In this document: piece after piece, positions 11,473 through 24,885 of the stretch | Layout of the letters: the number at the start of each line of letters is the position of its first letter | Position numbering within the stretch: position 1 is the stretch's first letter | NCBI GenBank assembly: GCA_029717555.1 | Contig: JAMDHS010000124.1 | Span: forward strand, 1-48,510 | Reading direction: 5' to 3' | DNA from: Peribolospora baueri | Taxonomy: Eukaryota | Length of the DNA stretch: 48,510 nucleotides | Notes under the pieces: model-generated | Told to the model about the DNA's origin: nothing | Database searches by the model: none | What the model saw: the letters and a program-made list of their open reading frames with translations, nothing else | Program-made: the position numbers and the translations under genes

Positions 11473-12100
11473 ATGTCCACCACGTCCGCCCTCTGTCTCC
11501 ACCCCGCGATTTTCAATCCTACCAGCAGCCCCACCCTCTCCGCCTTGCACCAAGCCCAACAGAGGCTGGCAGTGGTGGAGCAAACGGTGGAACGCGTCGA
11601 CGAGCGCCTCTTGGGGATGACGTGGGGAAGTCAGGAGCAGAGGACAGAGGCCGTCGTTTGGGAGCTCAGACTCAGGCCGGTGAGAGGATTTGATCCGCCC
11701 AAGTCGTCCAGCGACGGAGAGGCCAGAGGCCAAGGCTGATCCACTACCTCCTCCCGTTCCACAATAGTACCTTCGCACGATCCCAGCCCTTCAACACCGC
11801 ATCGCTCGACTAGAGGCCAGGGCGCTCGCCGAAGGGCACATCCTCCAAATTGCTAACAGGCACGACGAGAAGGAATGCTGGGCAAGCTCCCGAGTCCAAA
11901 GGAGCTGGAAGCAAGTAGCGACGACGACCATGTCGTCGTCGTCCTCCGACGCCTCGATGGTCGCCATCACCACCCCCTCGGTCGCGACTGCAGACTCCGA
12001 GCTCCTCCCCATCTCCGCGCCAACCGCAAATGGGGCAGGCGAGATGACGAACAGGATGAGCCGACTCAAGCGGCTCGTCAGGTGGGGAGGGAAGAGCTAA
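11473..12100 (+). CDS. Hypothetical protein (~179 aa), 2 exons
   Basis: ATG in ATCATG context. A GTGAGA...GCTGAT...AATAG intron at 11680-11767 joins two open frames. Helical/coiled-coil-like middle; no recognised motif. Confidence 0.55.
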
Positions 12101-12958
12101 CTGCGAGCGGGAACCGGAACCGGAGCCGGAATTAAATCCGGAAACTGGCGCTCAGGCGCGGTGCAATAAGGGGCCTACCTATGAAACGTACGACTCGGCG
12201 AGACACGACCTGTCATGCCTTAACGACGGCCCGGTGGCGAGGATCGGTTAGACCAACACGACCCGACCGATGGAGCTCGGAACGATATCAGGCGGGGCCA
12301 GCGTGCAAGGTGGACGAGGGAGGAGTCTTGGCCATCACCGCCGATGCTCTCAAACAACCGCGAACGAGATTAGGAACAGAGCGGAAACGAGCGCTCTCAC
12401 GTCGATCCATCACGACGCTGGGCCGGTTCCATGGACAGGTCCTTCTGTAGAGGCACTCTTCGCGCGCGGGTGGGCTGGCGAGCGGCACGCTGGTCCAGCC
12501 CGTAGAAGGGAGGAAGAATACAGTGTAATGCAATGTGAAGATGTTCGTGGAATCGCAGCTGGTAAAATGCGCGGGTGTGCGAGAGACAGGGGTGCAGTAC
12601 ATAGTATGAGTGGAAGGAAGAGCGGATGGCCTGGGACGCGGAAAAGAGAAATGCAGATGAGGGGAGGGGACGGCATGAGGAGACGAAAACCTGGAATACA
12701 AGGGACGAAAGGGGGGGAAGAACTAGAGGAATGAGACATGGAAGGACGATGTAAATGCGGACGCGACAAGAGAAGACGGAGAAAAGGGCGGGCAAGTCGC
12801 TTTGTCAGGAACGTCAGACCAAATTCAGCGCACATAAAGAGTTATGTCTGCTGCTACTGACAGACAAGCCCAACACGGCCAAATAATAACCCCTGGGCAG
12901 CGCGAGCAAACAAGGGACCCGCTCAGCCGCCCCTTCGCGTGAGAAGCTTCGCATCGCA

Positions 12959-13041
12959 TCACAATGCTCCAACGATGACGTCCTCGTCTGTCTCTGACCC
13001 GCTCCCCGTCGACACCTTCCGTCGCTGCGAAGGACCCCTCC

Positions 13042-13072
<31 letters not shown>

Positions 13073-15128
13073 CTCCTCCTCCTCCTCCTCAGCCCTCTTC
13101 AAAGCGTCTCTCTTCCTCTTCGTCCCGCTCGTCCGCCGCGTGGTTGACGCCGACGTCGCCGTGGCACCCGCTGCTACTGAGGGGGAGGAAGTGACGTCGA
13201 TTGGTTGAGCCGACGAGGGTCCTTTGCCCGCGGCGGCCAATTTGCCACCGCTACTCTTCTTCCCTCTAGGCGAAGCGACAGGGCGAGGTGGTAGGGGAGG
13301 CAGGCCGAACTCGATACCGCGCACATCGCGTCCGTGGAAGCCATTGAGCTTCGTCTTGCACAGCGGACATTGCCCGCCCAGGTCGCCCAGCGACTTGTCC
13401 CACTGGTGTCGGGGCTTCGTCTGAGTCGTCGTCGCGGCCTTGCCTCCCCATTGTGCCTTCGCACCCCGATTGCTGCCTCCAGTTCCTCCCCTGATGTCGC
13501 GGCGTTGACCAGCGGCTGCTCCGAACAGAACCGTGGTACGCCCGGTACGGCGTGCGACAGGCGATGGCGGCTCCTCTACGTTCTGACGGCTCATGGGACC
13601 TCGTTGGACGGGAAAGACCTCGCAGTCATCGTCCGTATCCTCCTCCTCGTCGTCCTCCTCGTCATCTGCCTTCTCAGCAGCTTTCTTCGCCTCCCTCCTC
13701 CTCCTAGCTTCCGCCAGTGCACGGTGTAGCTGCTGATGGTGCTCAATCGCTCCTCCCCAACCCGAAAACCTGGCCATGCCATGCAACGGCTGAGGAGAGA
13801 CATGAAGATTCGCCGCCGATTCCGCGGACGACTTCAATTTCAGCAGGAGCGCTTGGGCGGAGTAGCGGAAGTGGGAGAAGAGACATTCGCCACTGCGAGG
13901 AGAGAAGACAAAGGAAGCGCATTGAGATACCGGGAACAGGGCCCATTTACGTTAGTGAATGACTGCATGCGAAGAGCTCATCCATTACGCCTCACCAGAA
14001 AAGGTGTCCGCACTGCGTCACCACGGCCTTCCTTGGGGGACCAAGACAGATGCCGCAATGTACCTCCGACAAGCTGGGTGCGTCTGACGACGCACCGCTG
14101 GACCTGGAGGGAGGTGGCGTCGTGCGTCCGCTAGGCGTCTTGACGTACTTCTTGATCTCGTTATTGCCCTTCGCCTTGCCCATGTCGAACATGTAGTCCA
14201 CCAAAGTCGTATCCAATGACGGAAGAGCGCGCTGCATGGACCGAGTTGTGAGTCGTCCGACGTTGCGTCCGAAATTGGCGGTGAGACTCTCCCCAGGATA
14301 GTAAGCGGGTGGAGGCGGAGGAGAGAAAGGAAGAAAGGATGTGGACGTGCCGGCAAGTTCTTGAGCCTCGTCCATCGCCCCTGGAGAGCGAGAGGATACA
14401 ACGCGGGTGCGCGCTGTGTCGTCCGGATCGACGGTAAGATCTAGAGACGGAGAATAAGAAGATTCGGAGACGACCAGTTCCGGTCTGGGAAGGGTGAGGT
14501 CGTGACCATGGCGTTGTGTCCGACGTAGGCCGTTCGGGCGATCGCCTCGAAACCTTTCACGTGCGCCTGCGCTTGTGTTCGAGCCGGTATAACCTTCAGA
14601 GCTCCGGCTGGACCTCGACATCGCATATTCCCCCGCGGCGGTCGAAGGGGCCGACGAACCGGCTCGGGAAGAAGCCCTGCTCGACGAGCGACTAATGGCG
14701 GTAGGGCGCGGCAAAGGGGCTTCCGCCACCGTCAGATCGACTACCGGGCTAGGCCATGCGGAAGACGCAGAAGATGAGGCACGGCCGCCGGTGCGAGCTA
14801 ATCGGCGTGCTGCATAGTTGCTCGGCCCAGCGACGGGAGGACGATCGTCGTCGGTGTCAGACTCAAGGACGACGACGTCGGAGGCGACGGCGGAACCCTG
14901 TCGACTGTCGGTGGAAGGAGGCGATGGGCGTCGGTCCTTTCTAGCTGGAGGGTCTTCCCTGTTCGACCCTGTGACCTGCATGGCGATAGAAGGAGACGGA
15001 GGGGGAGCCGGGGAGACGGAAGGGTGGCGGACCGGGGAAGGAGAACGACGTGACGACCGTGATTCGATCGTTTCCTGTGTGGTCGACAATCTTGAGGCGC
15101 TGTTTTCGGAGTGGCGAGTGCTGGACAT
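12959..15128 (-). CDS. C3HC4 RING-finger protein with SIM-like motifs (STUbL, Slx8/RNF4-like), 2 exons
   Basis: CGIC...CGHLFCGEC across the intron at ~13994-13893, with a distal CPLC. SIM-like VVVLESD, VVDLTV and LDLTVD lie in a disordered N-terminus. The start could alternatively be at 15266. Confidence 0.75.
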
Positions 15129-15538
15129 GGCACGCGATGGGCTCACGTGGAGCGTAGGGGCGTGGTGTTGCGAATGGAGGAAGAAATGTAGGAGAGAGAA
15201 GGGGTGGAGGCGGAGGTGTCGCTGGACGGAGCGGAAGGAACGAGTGGGACCAACGACACTTGCCATGACTGCGGCAATCGATCGTCGATCACATCCGATG
15301 ACGGGGTATCGTTCCAAGTCGGCGGCTAAGCAAGTGGATAGATACAGCTGGCTGGGAGGACGCAGTGCAAAGGAATACAGCACAGAGGAAACTGGGGAAG
15401 CAGCAAATAGAGAAGAAAAATGGGGAAGACGATGACCTTGCTTGAGGAACAACAAAGGGCAGAATAGACTAGGCCTTCCTGCGGAGGGCAGCTCCTCCTT
15501 CGACGAAGCAGATGCGGCAGCAAGCGAGCGGACAGCCT

Positions 15539-17929
15539 TCACTCCAGTAGAGTGGCCTCGTCCTTCTGTCGGACAGTGTGGAAGATGATCCTAGCCGTAA
15601 TCTCTCCCTGATCGTGGCAAAAAAGGCGCTGGGGTCAGTTATGGCGTGATCGTCAGAAGAAAAACGACGCAATGCTACTCACGACGGCGACGAGGCAGGC
15701 AATGACAATGAGCCAGATGATAGCTGGAACGTCGTTCCAGACAGACGAGGTCAGCTATCCATAGCAAAAACTGAAAGGTCGACCTCTGCGACCATAGGTC
15801 CAAAGATGGCGACTCACTCCAGGTGATCTTCGTCATTCCCTTATTGTTGATGTCCTCGTGGATCATCTCGAGGAGGTCGCTCGCCACACCGAGCCTTTCG
15901 TTGAGCACCTCGACTCTGCTTCCAATCTCCAAATAATCTTTGATGGCGTCGTATAGGCGATAGAGCGATGCTTCGTCCCAGAAAAGCTCCGGAACGTCTG
16001 CAGGTGCAAGGGTGGAGGTGCGCCCGGACCGGTCAGAATCACTTGATCGCCTCTGGAGACATTTTGGAAGACGCAACCGGACTCACCCAGCACATTGCTG
16101 ACGAGGTTCACATCTACCCTGAGCTTGAAGAGCCTTCCAGTGAGCATGAGCGCCTCCTTTCTGCTGAATTTTAGCTCTCCAGTGAGTGCAAGCTCCTTGG
16201 GGATGCCGGATGTCATCTCCAGCGTCTTTTGCATCCTCTCCTCGAAAACGCTTAGCTTGGCGCTCTGGGCGATCGCGTGCGCAAGGCTGAGCTTGAAGAG
16301 GTGGTTGGGGGTGGTGAAGGTGAGGAAATCGTTGCGAATGCGCGGTGCCGTGAGAGAAGGCTCGTAGCAGAAGTGAAGTTGCTCCACCTCCACGTCGCCC
16401 GGGTGCAAGGGCCGCTTGAGCGCGCCGGCGATGGAGAGGTCGTCGAGGATGTCGTGCTCCTCGCTTTCCGTAAAGTTGTAAAAAACGACAACTCCGTAAT
16501 CGAAAAAGACTACCTCGCCAATCTGCAGAGCCTCGTTGATGGCGATCTTGGTGGACAGAGGCACTGGCCGTTTTGCCGGTGCCTCGTCCAGCGAGACTAC
16601 CAGGGTCCCTTCACTGACTCCCTCTCCGTCAGCGTGTTCGTCGCGTTCACCGACTTGGGCACCGCCTTTGATGCGTCGCTGCCTCCCACCAGCCGGACTG
16701 TCCTCAGGAGCCGAAGTGGGTGAGCCAATTGACAGGCCATCAATGTAGCCGTGTTCATCGATGTGGTTCTCGTGCTCGTTTTCCGGCTGTGCGAAGTACT
16801 GAGCAATCAAAGCAGACACGCCAAAGGTGTGGCACGATCCATTAGACCGATGGACTGCCAGCAGCATTCTAAACGTGGATTGGGCCGGGAAGCAGTACGG
16901 ACCACGACTCACCGATCCTTCATATCCTCTTTCTTCCCTCTCCTCGAGCTGCCTATCGACGGCACTGCCGCCGCCAGGGCTCCGTTCCCCTTTTTCAGGG
17001 CTGCTCCTCACGTTGATCCCCGGCGCAAAGCCGGGCAGCAGGGGCTTGTAATACAGCGCCAAGCACGCCTCGTCGTAAAGCCTCGGCCGCACTCCATGCT
17101 CGCGGCGCAGAAACGCGAGCAGAGAGGGGAAGTGCAGGCCCTGTGCGACGGCGTAACCCGTGAGTCGAGGTAACGAAGTGTCGGCGCGCTCAGCGGGAGA
17201 CATGCGCTCGTATGTCTCATAGTCTTCCGCCTTTCTTTTTGCCCTTCTGCCCTTTGGAGGCTTCTTGAGACCCTCTCCAACAGATGGATGGCGCCTCTGC
17301 GACGGGTACGTGGCCAGATCGCCTCGCAGCTCATCCACTCGATCTTCCATTTCTTCTCTCTCCTCGACCGTGATTTCCTCTCGGTCCTCTTCGTCTCTTG
17401 CTTCTTCATCCTCCTCCTCTTCTTCTTCCCGCTCTTCCCCCTCCTTCACATCATCCGGAAACGGCTTGGTCTGGGCCTCCTCGGGCAGAAAGACGTGTCG
17501 GCCTGTGGTCTTGCTCGTCCGCACTCGTCTGTCGGTCCTGACAGGCAAGCTGTACTGTGTTGAGAGCGCGGGAGTCCCTTTTACCACTGTTCGCTTCGGC
17601 AGCGAGGAAGAGACGCTCGCTAGCGTGGTAGAGGTCGACGACGTCCGACGGAGAGGGGCCGGGCGCGCTCCGCCGGTCGACGTCATCCCGCCGACACCAC
17701 CGCCCGCTGTGGATCCAGGGACGTCTGCACTGGCGCCGCGGAGAGCCCGCTGAGCGTTTGCAGTGCCCGCAATTCCGGGCAAAGCCGTAGTAGTGCTCCG
17801 ACGAATCACAGAGGGTGGCACAGGATTCTGCGGCCCGCCGGTTGGATTCGGCGACCCGGGGGGCGGCGACTGGGCGCCGTTGCCGCTGGCACTACGCCCC
17901 GATGGGATTGCTGGCGGCCTGCGAGACAT
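15539..17929 (-). CDS. DUF155 / RMD1-RMD8-Sif2 family protein, 5 exons
   Basis: LPRLTGYAVA, GEVVFFDYGVVVFYNF, KLSLAHAIAQSAKLSVFE, LFKLRVDVNL, DVPELFWDE, YLEIGSRVEVLNER and a C-terminal TM WTIIWLIVIAC. Confidence 0.92.
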
Positions 17930-18560
17930 TGCGGATGATGCCCAGGTCGGGAAAGTAAGAAGTCGTCAATAACCGATGCAGGGAGCGATGAACTGTTGGG
18001 AAGGTGGTCAATGATCCGACGAAAGGAGCGATGGATGAACTTGGGTTGTGCGAGCGTGCTCGATTACTTTCCGCTTATGTATATGACGCACACGACGCCG
18101 CAGCCGCGGACGACGTTTGTTTGTACGCATGTGGGCAATTCTTCGCAACGTTACTGCACGAGATGGCCAAGAGAGGCAGTGAACGGCTGGATAGAATGGG
18201 ACAAGACGAGAACGAAGAGACTGACGGCGATATTCGAACAGTGAGCTGCCAAAAATGAGGAGAGATGCTAAAAAAAAAATGATGAACTGCAGCATTGAGG
18301 ATTCCCGCGTGGTCCCCCACCGCAGTACTGACTCAACGGTACCATGCTTAACTTTGCAGATCGGACGGGATGCAGTGCTTTCATGGTCCTATGGCCGCAG
18401 ATACCGGTTGAGATGCGCCTGATGTTTTATACCCATAGTGAGATGCTAGCACGCCGTCGCGCTCATTCACGTACGCTCGTAGAATACAACACGACCGTAG
18501 AAAGCAGGCTAGTAACGCAGCCCCCCACCACAACCGGAGCAAAGTCGAGAGAGGGCCCCA

Positions 18561-20796
18561 TCAAATCCGCTTGCGCTTAGGCCAACCTCCTCCCTCCTCA
18601 GGCTCCCACTTGTCCTTCTCTCCGGCTTCCCAGTCCCTAAGCCACTCCGGCTTAGCCTCCTCCATAGACTTCTTCTGGTCTCGAAGGAAGCGCGCGTGCG
18701 ACGTCGCATCCGTTTTCGAGATGCGCGGGACTGGAATGGCAGAGGGTGGCAGAGGGTTAGAAAGAGGGAGGAAAGAGGAGAGGATTGGTCGCGTCAGTCG
18801 AGCGTGCCAATTGGTTTTTCTTCGCGTAGCGAGTGCCCAGGAAAAAATGAAAGTGCTGGGATATCGATAGATACGGCCAGCCTTGAGCAATCGTAGATGA
18901 CTCACGGAGGCCATTCCCGCCCAGCTGAATGACGATGCTTTGCGACTTCCTGTCGACATCCTCACCCTCCTCTTCTTTCTGCTTCTTTCTCTGGCTCAAT
19001 TTGCCCCCTTCGTCTGTGCGCTCATTCACCGCCTCTTCCTCCGATGCCACTGCCTCATCCAGGTCTTTCTCGGTCCAACCGAGAGCTTCGGAAAACCGCT
19101 CGGCGACGTGTATGGACTGCTGGTAACCGACGTACTCTCGGTTCTGCTCTGAACAGCGAGAGAACCGTTGCACGAGCGGCGACGACCAAGGAACTATCTC
19201 CCCAAGCTGCTTGTTCCGTTCGTCCTCCTCAGCGCTCACTCCCTTCGTCTCTCCCTCCCCTCCGTGCTGTAAGAGGTACTTCCGCCATGTTGGTACCCGC
19301 TCGACCTGCCCCTCTACCAGTCCCTCCCAGTCCGCCGGGTCCCTTTGGATCCACTTCCGTACCCATGGTTGCACATCGTTTACGATGTCGCCCCAGATTG
19401 CGCCTCGATGGATCTCCGTCTGGGCAACTTTGGCATCGAGCGACCGGAAACCTCCGCTGGCCCGGGCAAAGCCGAGGAAGTCGAGGTTAAACCAGGGCAA
19501 AGCATTCGGCCACCGGGGCTTGCTGTTATCGAGGCGGAAGAACGGAGTGGTCACGCGGCCCTGGCCGGAGGACAAGACGTAGGAGCGAATGTCGAGAATA
19601 AGTTGCAGGGAGGACCCCGGGAGAGAGGGATTAAAAATGCTTACCTTCTCGGTATCGGCAGTTAGAATCATCGTCGTGGACTTGCCCGACTCGTCTCCCC
19701 CAACACGGTATTCGGCTATGTAAATTGGCCACAGAAGCGGGTACGCGGCTGATGGAAGAGACGAGGGGCGCGATGACAGGCGCACAAGGCAGGACGCGGC
19801 AAACAGTGATGAGCGTTCCTCTATGCAAACGATATTCGGGACGGGTCAGGACTTACCGAGAAGTTTGACATCCAAGCTCGCCGGCTCGAAACTCGTCTGC
19901 TCCCACATGCCCATTGCTTGCTCGTGCTCCTCCCTCTGCGCCTTCGTTTCGAATACCTGTTCGTCGCCTAGTTTAGCCTCCTTCTTCGGCAGATCTCTGA
20001 TGGCCTTGGGAAGATAGAGCGGATGCATCTGAAACGGCAAGAGCGTAACTCCTTCCGGAATGTCGACGTCTCGTGGTTGCAAATGAACCGTCGGATCGAA
20101 GCGCTCGAACTCCATACCCTCGTATGCTGTTGCTAGGCGAAGAGCAGACAGCGGGGGCCAGTGGAATCCTGGATGATACGAGTTGGTGGTGACAACTTTC
20201 CAAGGGGGGAGAAGCAACGGAAAATCAAAAAGGCTTCCTTGGGTGTGGCGGTGTCAAGACAGAGACGTCGAAATCAAGCTTACCCGTAGCGACCGCCGTC
20301 TCCTCGCCTTTCCTGCACTTGATATCAAAGGTGGAGTCGATTATCCACACAGGAATACTGACAGCGCCAATTCACCGCAATCAAAAAATGGATCAGTCTA
20401 TGGATCTCCTCGCTGATATAGAGAGCCGAACACAAAAACGTACTAGACGGCCTTGATATCCACCAGGTCGACCTTCGTTTCCTGGCCCCAGCCCATACCT
20501 CCCCAGCCGAGGAAACGGAAGAAGGCAAACTTCATCGCCTCCCAGAAATTACGTCCGCTGACAATCGTGGCAAATGTTGCTGGGAATTGAAGTTGGGAAA
20601 GGGCATCGCTTGTGGAAATGCGAAAGGGCAGGGCTTCCACTTTGGGGTGCGGTGCGAGCGAGCGCGGCGTGGTGGAAAAGGTGCGTCCTGTACAGAAGCA
20701 TGATCGGGAGAGCTGCGCTTGCTGGACAACGGTGGCCAGACGATATGTCCGGACGGCCGAGCGGATCAAGCCTCTTGTGCCGGGGATTCGGTTCAT
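18561..20796 (-). CDS. Hypothetical protein with mitochondrial-type presequence, 6 exons
   Basis: Arg-rich N-terminus (MNRIPGTRGLIRSAVRTYRL...RTFSTT). Five GT-AG introns connect long open frames. No family recognised. Confidence 0.7.
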
Positions 20797-21507
20797 GAGA
20801 AAGCAGAGATGCAAAAGCAGACTCGGTCGTTGAACTTTCCGCATCACCCTCGTAGGAAGGTCCACCGCCCGAAGCGATCGGTCACTGCGCACGTGACCAT
20901 GATATCACGTGAATGCTACGGCAGGACCATGTGTTCAGATCCGGGGACCTAAGCGGCTCGGGAACAGTTTTGGGTCGGTGGAGTGCAGCTTTGTGCTGCA
21001 CAAACGCGCTCAGCCGCCTTGCTCGCGCGACCGGCATCCAATTCGACGCTTGATACTGTTCTTATCTGGTCCCCGCCAGGTCGTTCTGGCGGGCGAACTT
21101 TTAGGGCGTAGCCTCTGACGCACCGTCGGCCACACAAAGGGCAGGCACAAGACGCAGTGCCAGGTAACTGACTATCTGTGCAGTGTCAGGTTGTGCCGCG
21201 TCTAGTTGACTGCCTTCGAATTTGTCCCCTATCTTTCCCATTTTATGGAAGGGTAACTAGCTTCTATGCGGACGAATGGCCTATCTGGCATCACCCGCCT
21301 GTCGTGTGGGGCGTTTTGAAGCGTCCTAAGGTTCCTGCAGCTATCCGATCCGCGCACCACCACCAGCTCTGGTCTAATACTCTGAGCTGATAAAGACCGC
21401 CGCGCTGCGCCAGACTTCTCACTCCTCCCCTGGAACGATCCATCTGGATTTGACCCTCTAGAGCAGTTCTCTTCTTTGCGCTTTCTTATTTTTACCACAG
21501 GTCCGCC

Positions 21508-24411
21508 ATGTCTGGCCGACATGTGGCAGACGATGCGGGTGGCCCAGGGGCCTCGCCAACCCATTCCATTCCTGATGCCGCAGGCTTGCCGAGGACCAGC
21601 AGCAAGGATGAAAAGGACGTTGAGGCGGGTGTCGCTGGGAAGACCACCGTTGTCAACCTCGACACCGGGGCCCAAGGCCTGAACAAAGGCGGCGGCGGCC
21701 TTGTACCTGAGGAGAAGGTCAGGATCGGGCTCCAGCAAAGGCACATCCAGGTGAGAGGACCTTTCGGCGACCCGGCCAACATCGCCCTTGCTTCTTGAAC
21801 CGTCTCAACAACTTCTCTTTAAACATTGGAAGATGATCTCTCTGGCGGACAGCATCGGCACGGGTGCGTTTTCCTCCCGGTCGCTGAGAGACAGAGCCCA
21901 CTAGAAAGCCACGTCTGACCCACCCATTGGCCTCCTCTCCTACGTTGATCACATCCACAGGCCTCTTCCTCGGTTCCGGAAAAGCTCTTGCACAGTAAGC
22001 ATTTGTTCATGTGCTGTTGCACATCCGATGATCAACAACACCGACTTGTCATCTGATTCATGTGTACACCCCATCATCTCCGCACTTCAGTGGCGGGCCC
22101 CTCGGTATACTCCTAGTGAGTGCGATTCTACCCCCGCTATCACTTGGCGTCGCTCACATGATGGGTTGGACCTTCCAAAGGGCTATGCAGCTGTCGGAAG
22201 CATCGTCATAGGCGTCGTTCTTTCCCTTGCAGAGATGGCCGCGCTCGTTCCCGTCTCCGGCTCCTACGTCCGCCACGCCACCATATTCTTCGACCCGGCC
22301 CTCGGCTTTGCGAGCGGTTGGAATCTCATCTACTCGTCCTGCCTCACCATCCCTAGCGAGATCATCGCCGCCTCTGTTCTCTTCCAGTACTGGACGGACC
22401 TGAATTCGGCCGTGTTCATCTCCATCTTCATCCTTTGCATCTTGGCGGCCAATCTGTTTCTTGTCAGGATCTACGGCGAGGTGAGCCATCTTGAGCCCAC
22501 CAGTCTCGAAACAAGTACCGTCACTCACGCGTCCATGTTCGTCTTTCCAACGCATACGACCGTCGATCGTTAGATCGAGTTCGGGTGAGAGACCGCCCTT
22601 CTTACTCTGCCTTTTGGATGGATGAGCGCGCTTTCTGGCCGCTTGTAATGACCGCACGCAACTGCATACCCCGCATTTCTCAACACACGCAGGTTTGCCA
22701 TGCTGAAAATCATGCTGGTCGTTGGGCTTATTATATTTGGCATTTGCATCGATCTCGGTGCTGGTCCCAACGGCGACAGGATCGGATTTCGCTACTGGCA
22801 CGGTTAGCGATTTTCATGTCCTCCACCGTTACGCGAAGCCCGTTGCAGGTTGATCTGACACCTCGTGCATTTCACCCCGTGGCCAGACCCAGGTCCCTTC
22901 GCCGAGTATCTCGTCTCGGGCCCGGTCGGGAAGCTCGTCGGCTTCTGGTGAGTCCCTCTAATCACATTCCCCTTCACTAGAGGCGCACATCGAACGTTTG
23001 CTGAACGGTGTTCTGTAATATCTCTCCTAGGGCTGTCCTGACTAATGCAGCCTATGCATACTCAGGTGAGCGTGTCCACTAACTTCCTGCAGAAGCGCCA
23101 TTCAACACTGACCTGTAGAATCCTCCTGCCTCGTCTTTCAGGTTCCGAGACAATTGCCATGGCGGCTGCAGAGACTCGGAACCCGAGGAGAGCGATTCCA
23201 CGCGCTGCCAAATCGATCTTTTTTAGGTTGTCCTTCGCCTACATGCTCGGCGTCTTTGTTGTGGGACTCATCGTTCCAAGCAACGACCGACTCCTTGTTA
23301 ACAGCACCGGCACAGCCAGTCAGAGCCCCTTTGTCGTGAGATATTACGCCCTACTTGGTTGTGCAGAGCATCATAAACCAGGGCATGGTTCTCATACGCC
23401 GCATCGTTCTCCACATCTCAGGTTGCAGCTCAGCGCGCAGGTGTGAAGGTCTTGCCGTCAATCGTCAATGCAGTCGTAATCACCTCAGCTTGGTCGACTG
23501 CGAGTAAGTGGTCTGCCGTTGATTTACTGGAGATTAAGCTGCGCGTGTGTTACAGACAGACGTTTCTGACCTCATTTTGACGGCACCATATTCCGCTCAC
23601 TCTCCTCCGTGCTTCCGCCTCGTTCAGATGCGAGCATGCTCGGAAGCTCCCGCACTCTCTACGGGCTCGCACTTGACGGTGGTGCGCCTAAGATATTCGC
23701 GAGGGTACATCGCTTTGGCGTGCCATATATGGCTGTTTTGTTCGTGATCATGTGGTCTCGTGAGTTCAGCCACATGCTTCGTTACCAAAGCCATAGAGGC
23801 TGTCCCGCTCACTCGCCGCTTTGAGCATGTATTGGGATGGACCGTCTTTTCTTGTCTTCTCAGCCCTCGCATACACAGTCCTAGGATCAACGGCGACAAA
23901 AGTGTTTGGCTATGCTCAAGCTTTGATTGCCAGCCTTTCCCTGGTCATATGGATGATCATCACCGGTATTTACCTCCGATTCTATACCGCTGTGAAGGCC
24001 CAGAACATTTCGCGTGACCGTGAGTAAATACAGTCGACTCCTCGAAGCACCCACGTGCTGACCTTGCTCCATGCTCTTCCTGCCTGCTCAGAACTCCCAT
24101 ACAAATCGCCTTTCCAGCCCTACCTGGCCTGGTTCTCCTTCATCTTCTGCACCATCCTTCTACTCACCGGTGGCTTTGAAGTCTTTATCCACGGCAACTG
24201 GAGCGTCGAGGATTTCTTCTCCGCCTACTTCGTCTTCGTCCCCTTCACCGCGCTCTACTTCGGCTACAAGGTCATCAAACGCACGGAGATAGTGCCTCTT
24301 CATGAGGCCCCTATTCAAGGGTTCATCGACTTTGCCAAGGCCAATCCCGAACCGGAGCCCAAGAGGACCAAAGGCGTGTTTGGATGGCTCCGCGCTGCCG
24401 CGTGGGGTTAG
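21508..24411 (+). CDS. Amino-acid permease (APC superfamily, YAT family), 14 exons
   Basis: GLQQRHIQMISLADSIGTGLFLGSG, LAEMAALVPVSGSY, YGEIEFGFAMLKI, IGFRYWHDPG, AYSGSETIAMAAAETRNPRRAIPRA and LPYKSPFQPY. Includes an 11-nt microexon at 22574-22584. Confidence 0.95.
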
Positions 24412-24885
24412 GGGATGCGATCGTAGGCGGCTTCGACAGGTCCGAGGGATCCGGTCGTGATCGTGCGGTTCAGTCTTTGTATATTCGTACTGCAACAGCC
24501 GGGTTCAGAATGAGTTGCTATCTCAGCAGGTGGGCGCCGGAGTGAACAGATAGAGCGAAAACTAGCGAAAACTATAAGAGCCGAAATGAAATATAACTGG
24601 ACCTCTCCCGAGCCAAACAGAAGCGGACGACCGCTCCTCTTAATCGTCCTCGCCTCATATTTATTGGCATTTTTGTATGCCTTCATGCAACTCCAGTTGT
24701 ATGGTCTCTTATCTTCTACGCGTCGCCTGCCGCTGTGTTTCTCCCCGTTCTATCCAATCTCTACTTTGACCTCCTTACTCTACAAGACGTACCGTCTCAT
24801 GTCACATATGATGACCTACGGCGTCGAACAAGTTCACACGGAGAGCCGTATGCAGCTATCTTTGCTTGACCCAAGTCGGCTTCCA

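Noticed and set aside
15129..15542. RING reading frame stays open up to and overlapping the RMD1/8 stop codon (possible frameshift or fusion)
   Set aside because: There is no slippery site or splice evidence. The upstream translation looks non-coding, and long open frames are common by chance in GC-rich DNA.
21860..21960. TPP-riboswitch-like GGGTGC...GCTGAGA in a permease intron
   Set aside because: GTGCGT is simply the splice donor, and the 3' half of the aptamer (CTGAT...TAAT...CG.AGG) is absent.
22797..22886. Possible GC donor (TG|GCACGG) in the permease
   Set aside because: A canonical GTTAGC donor five bases later gives the expected YWHDPG.
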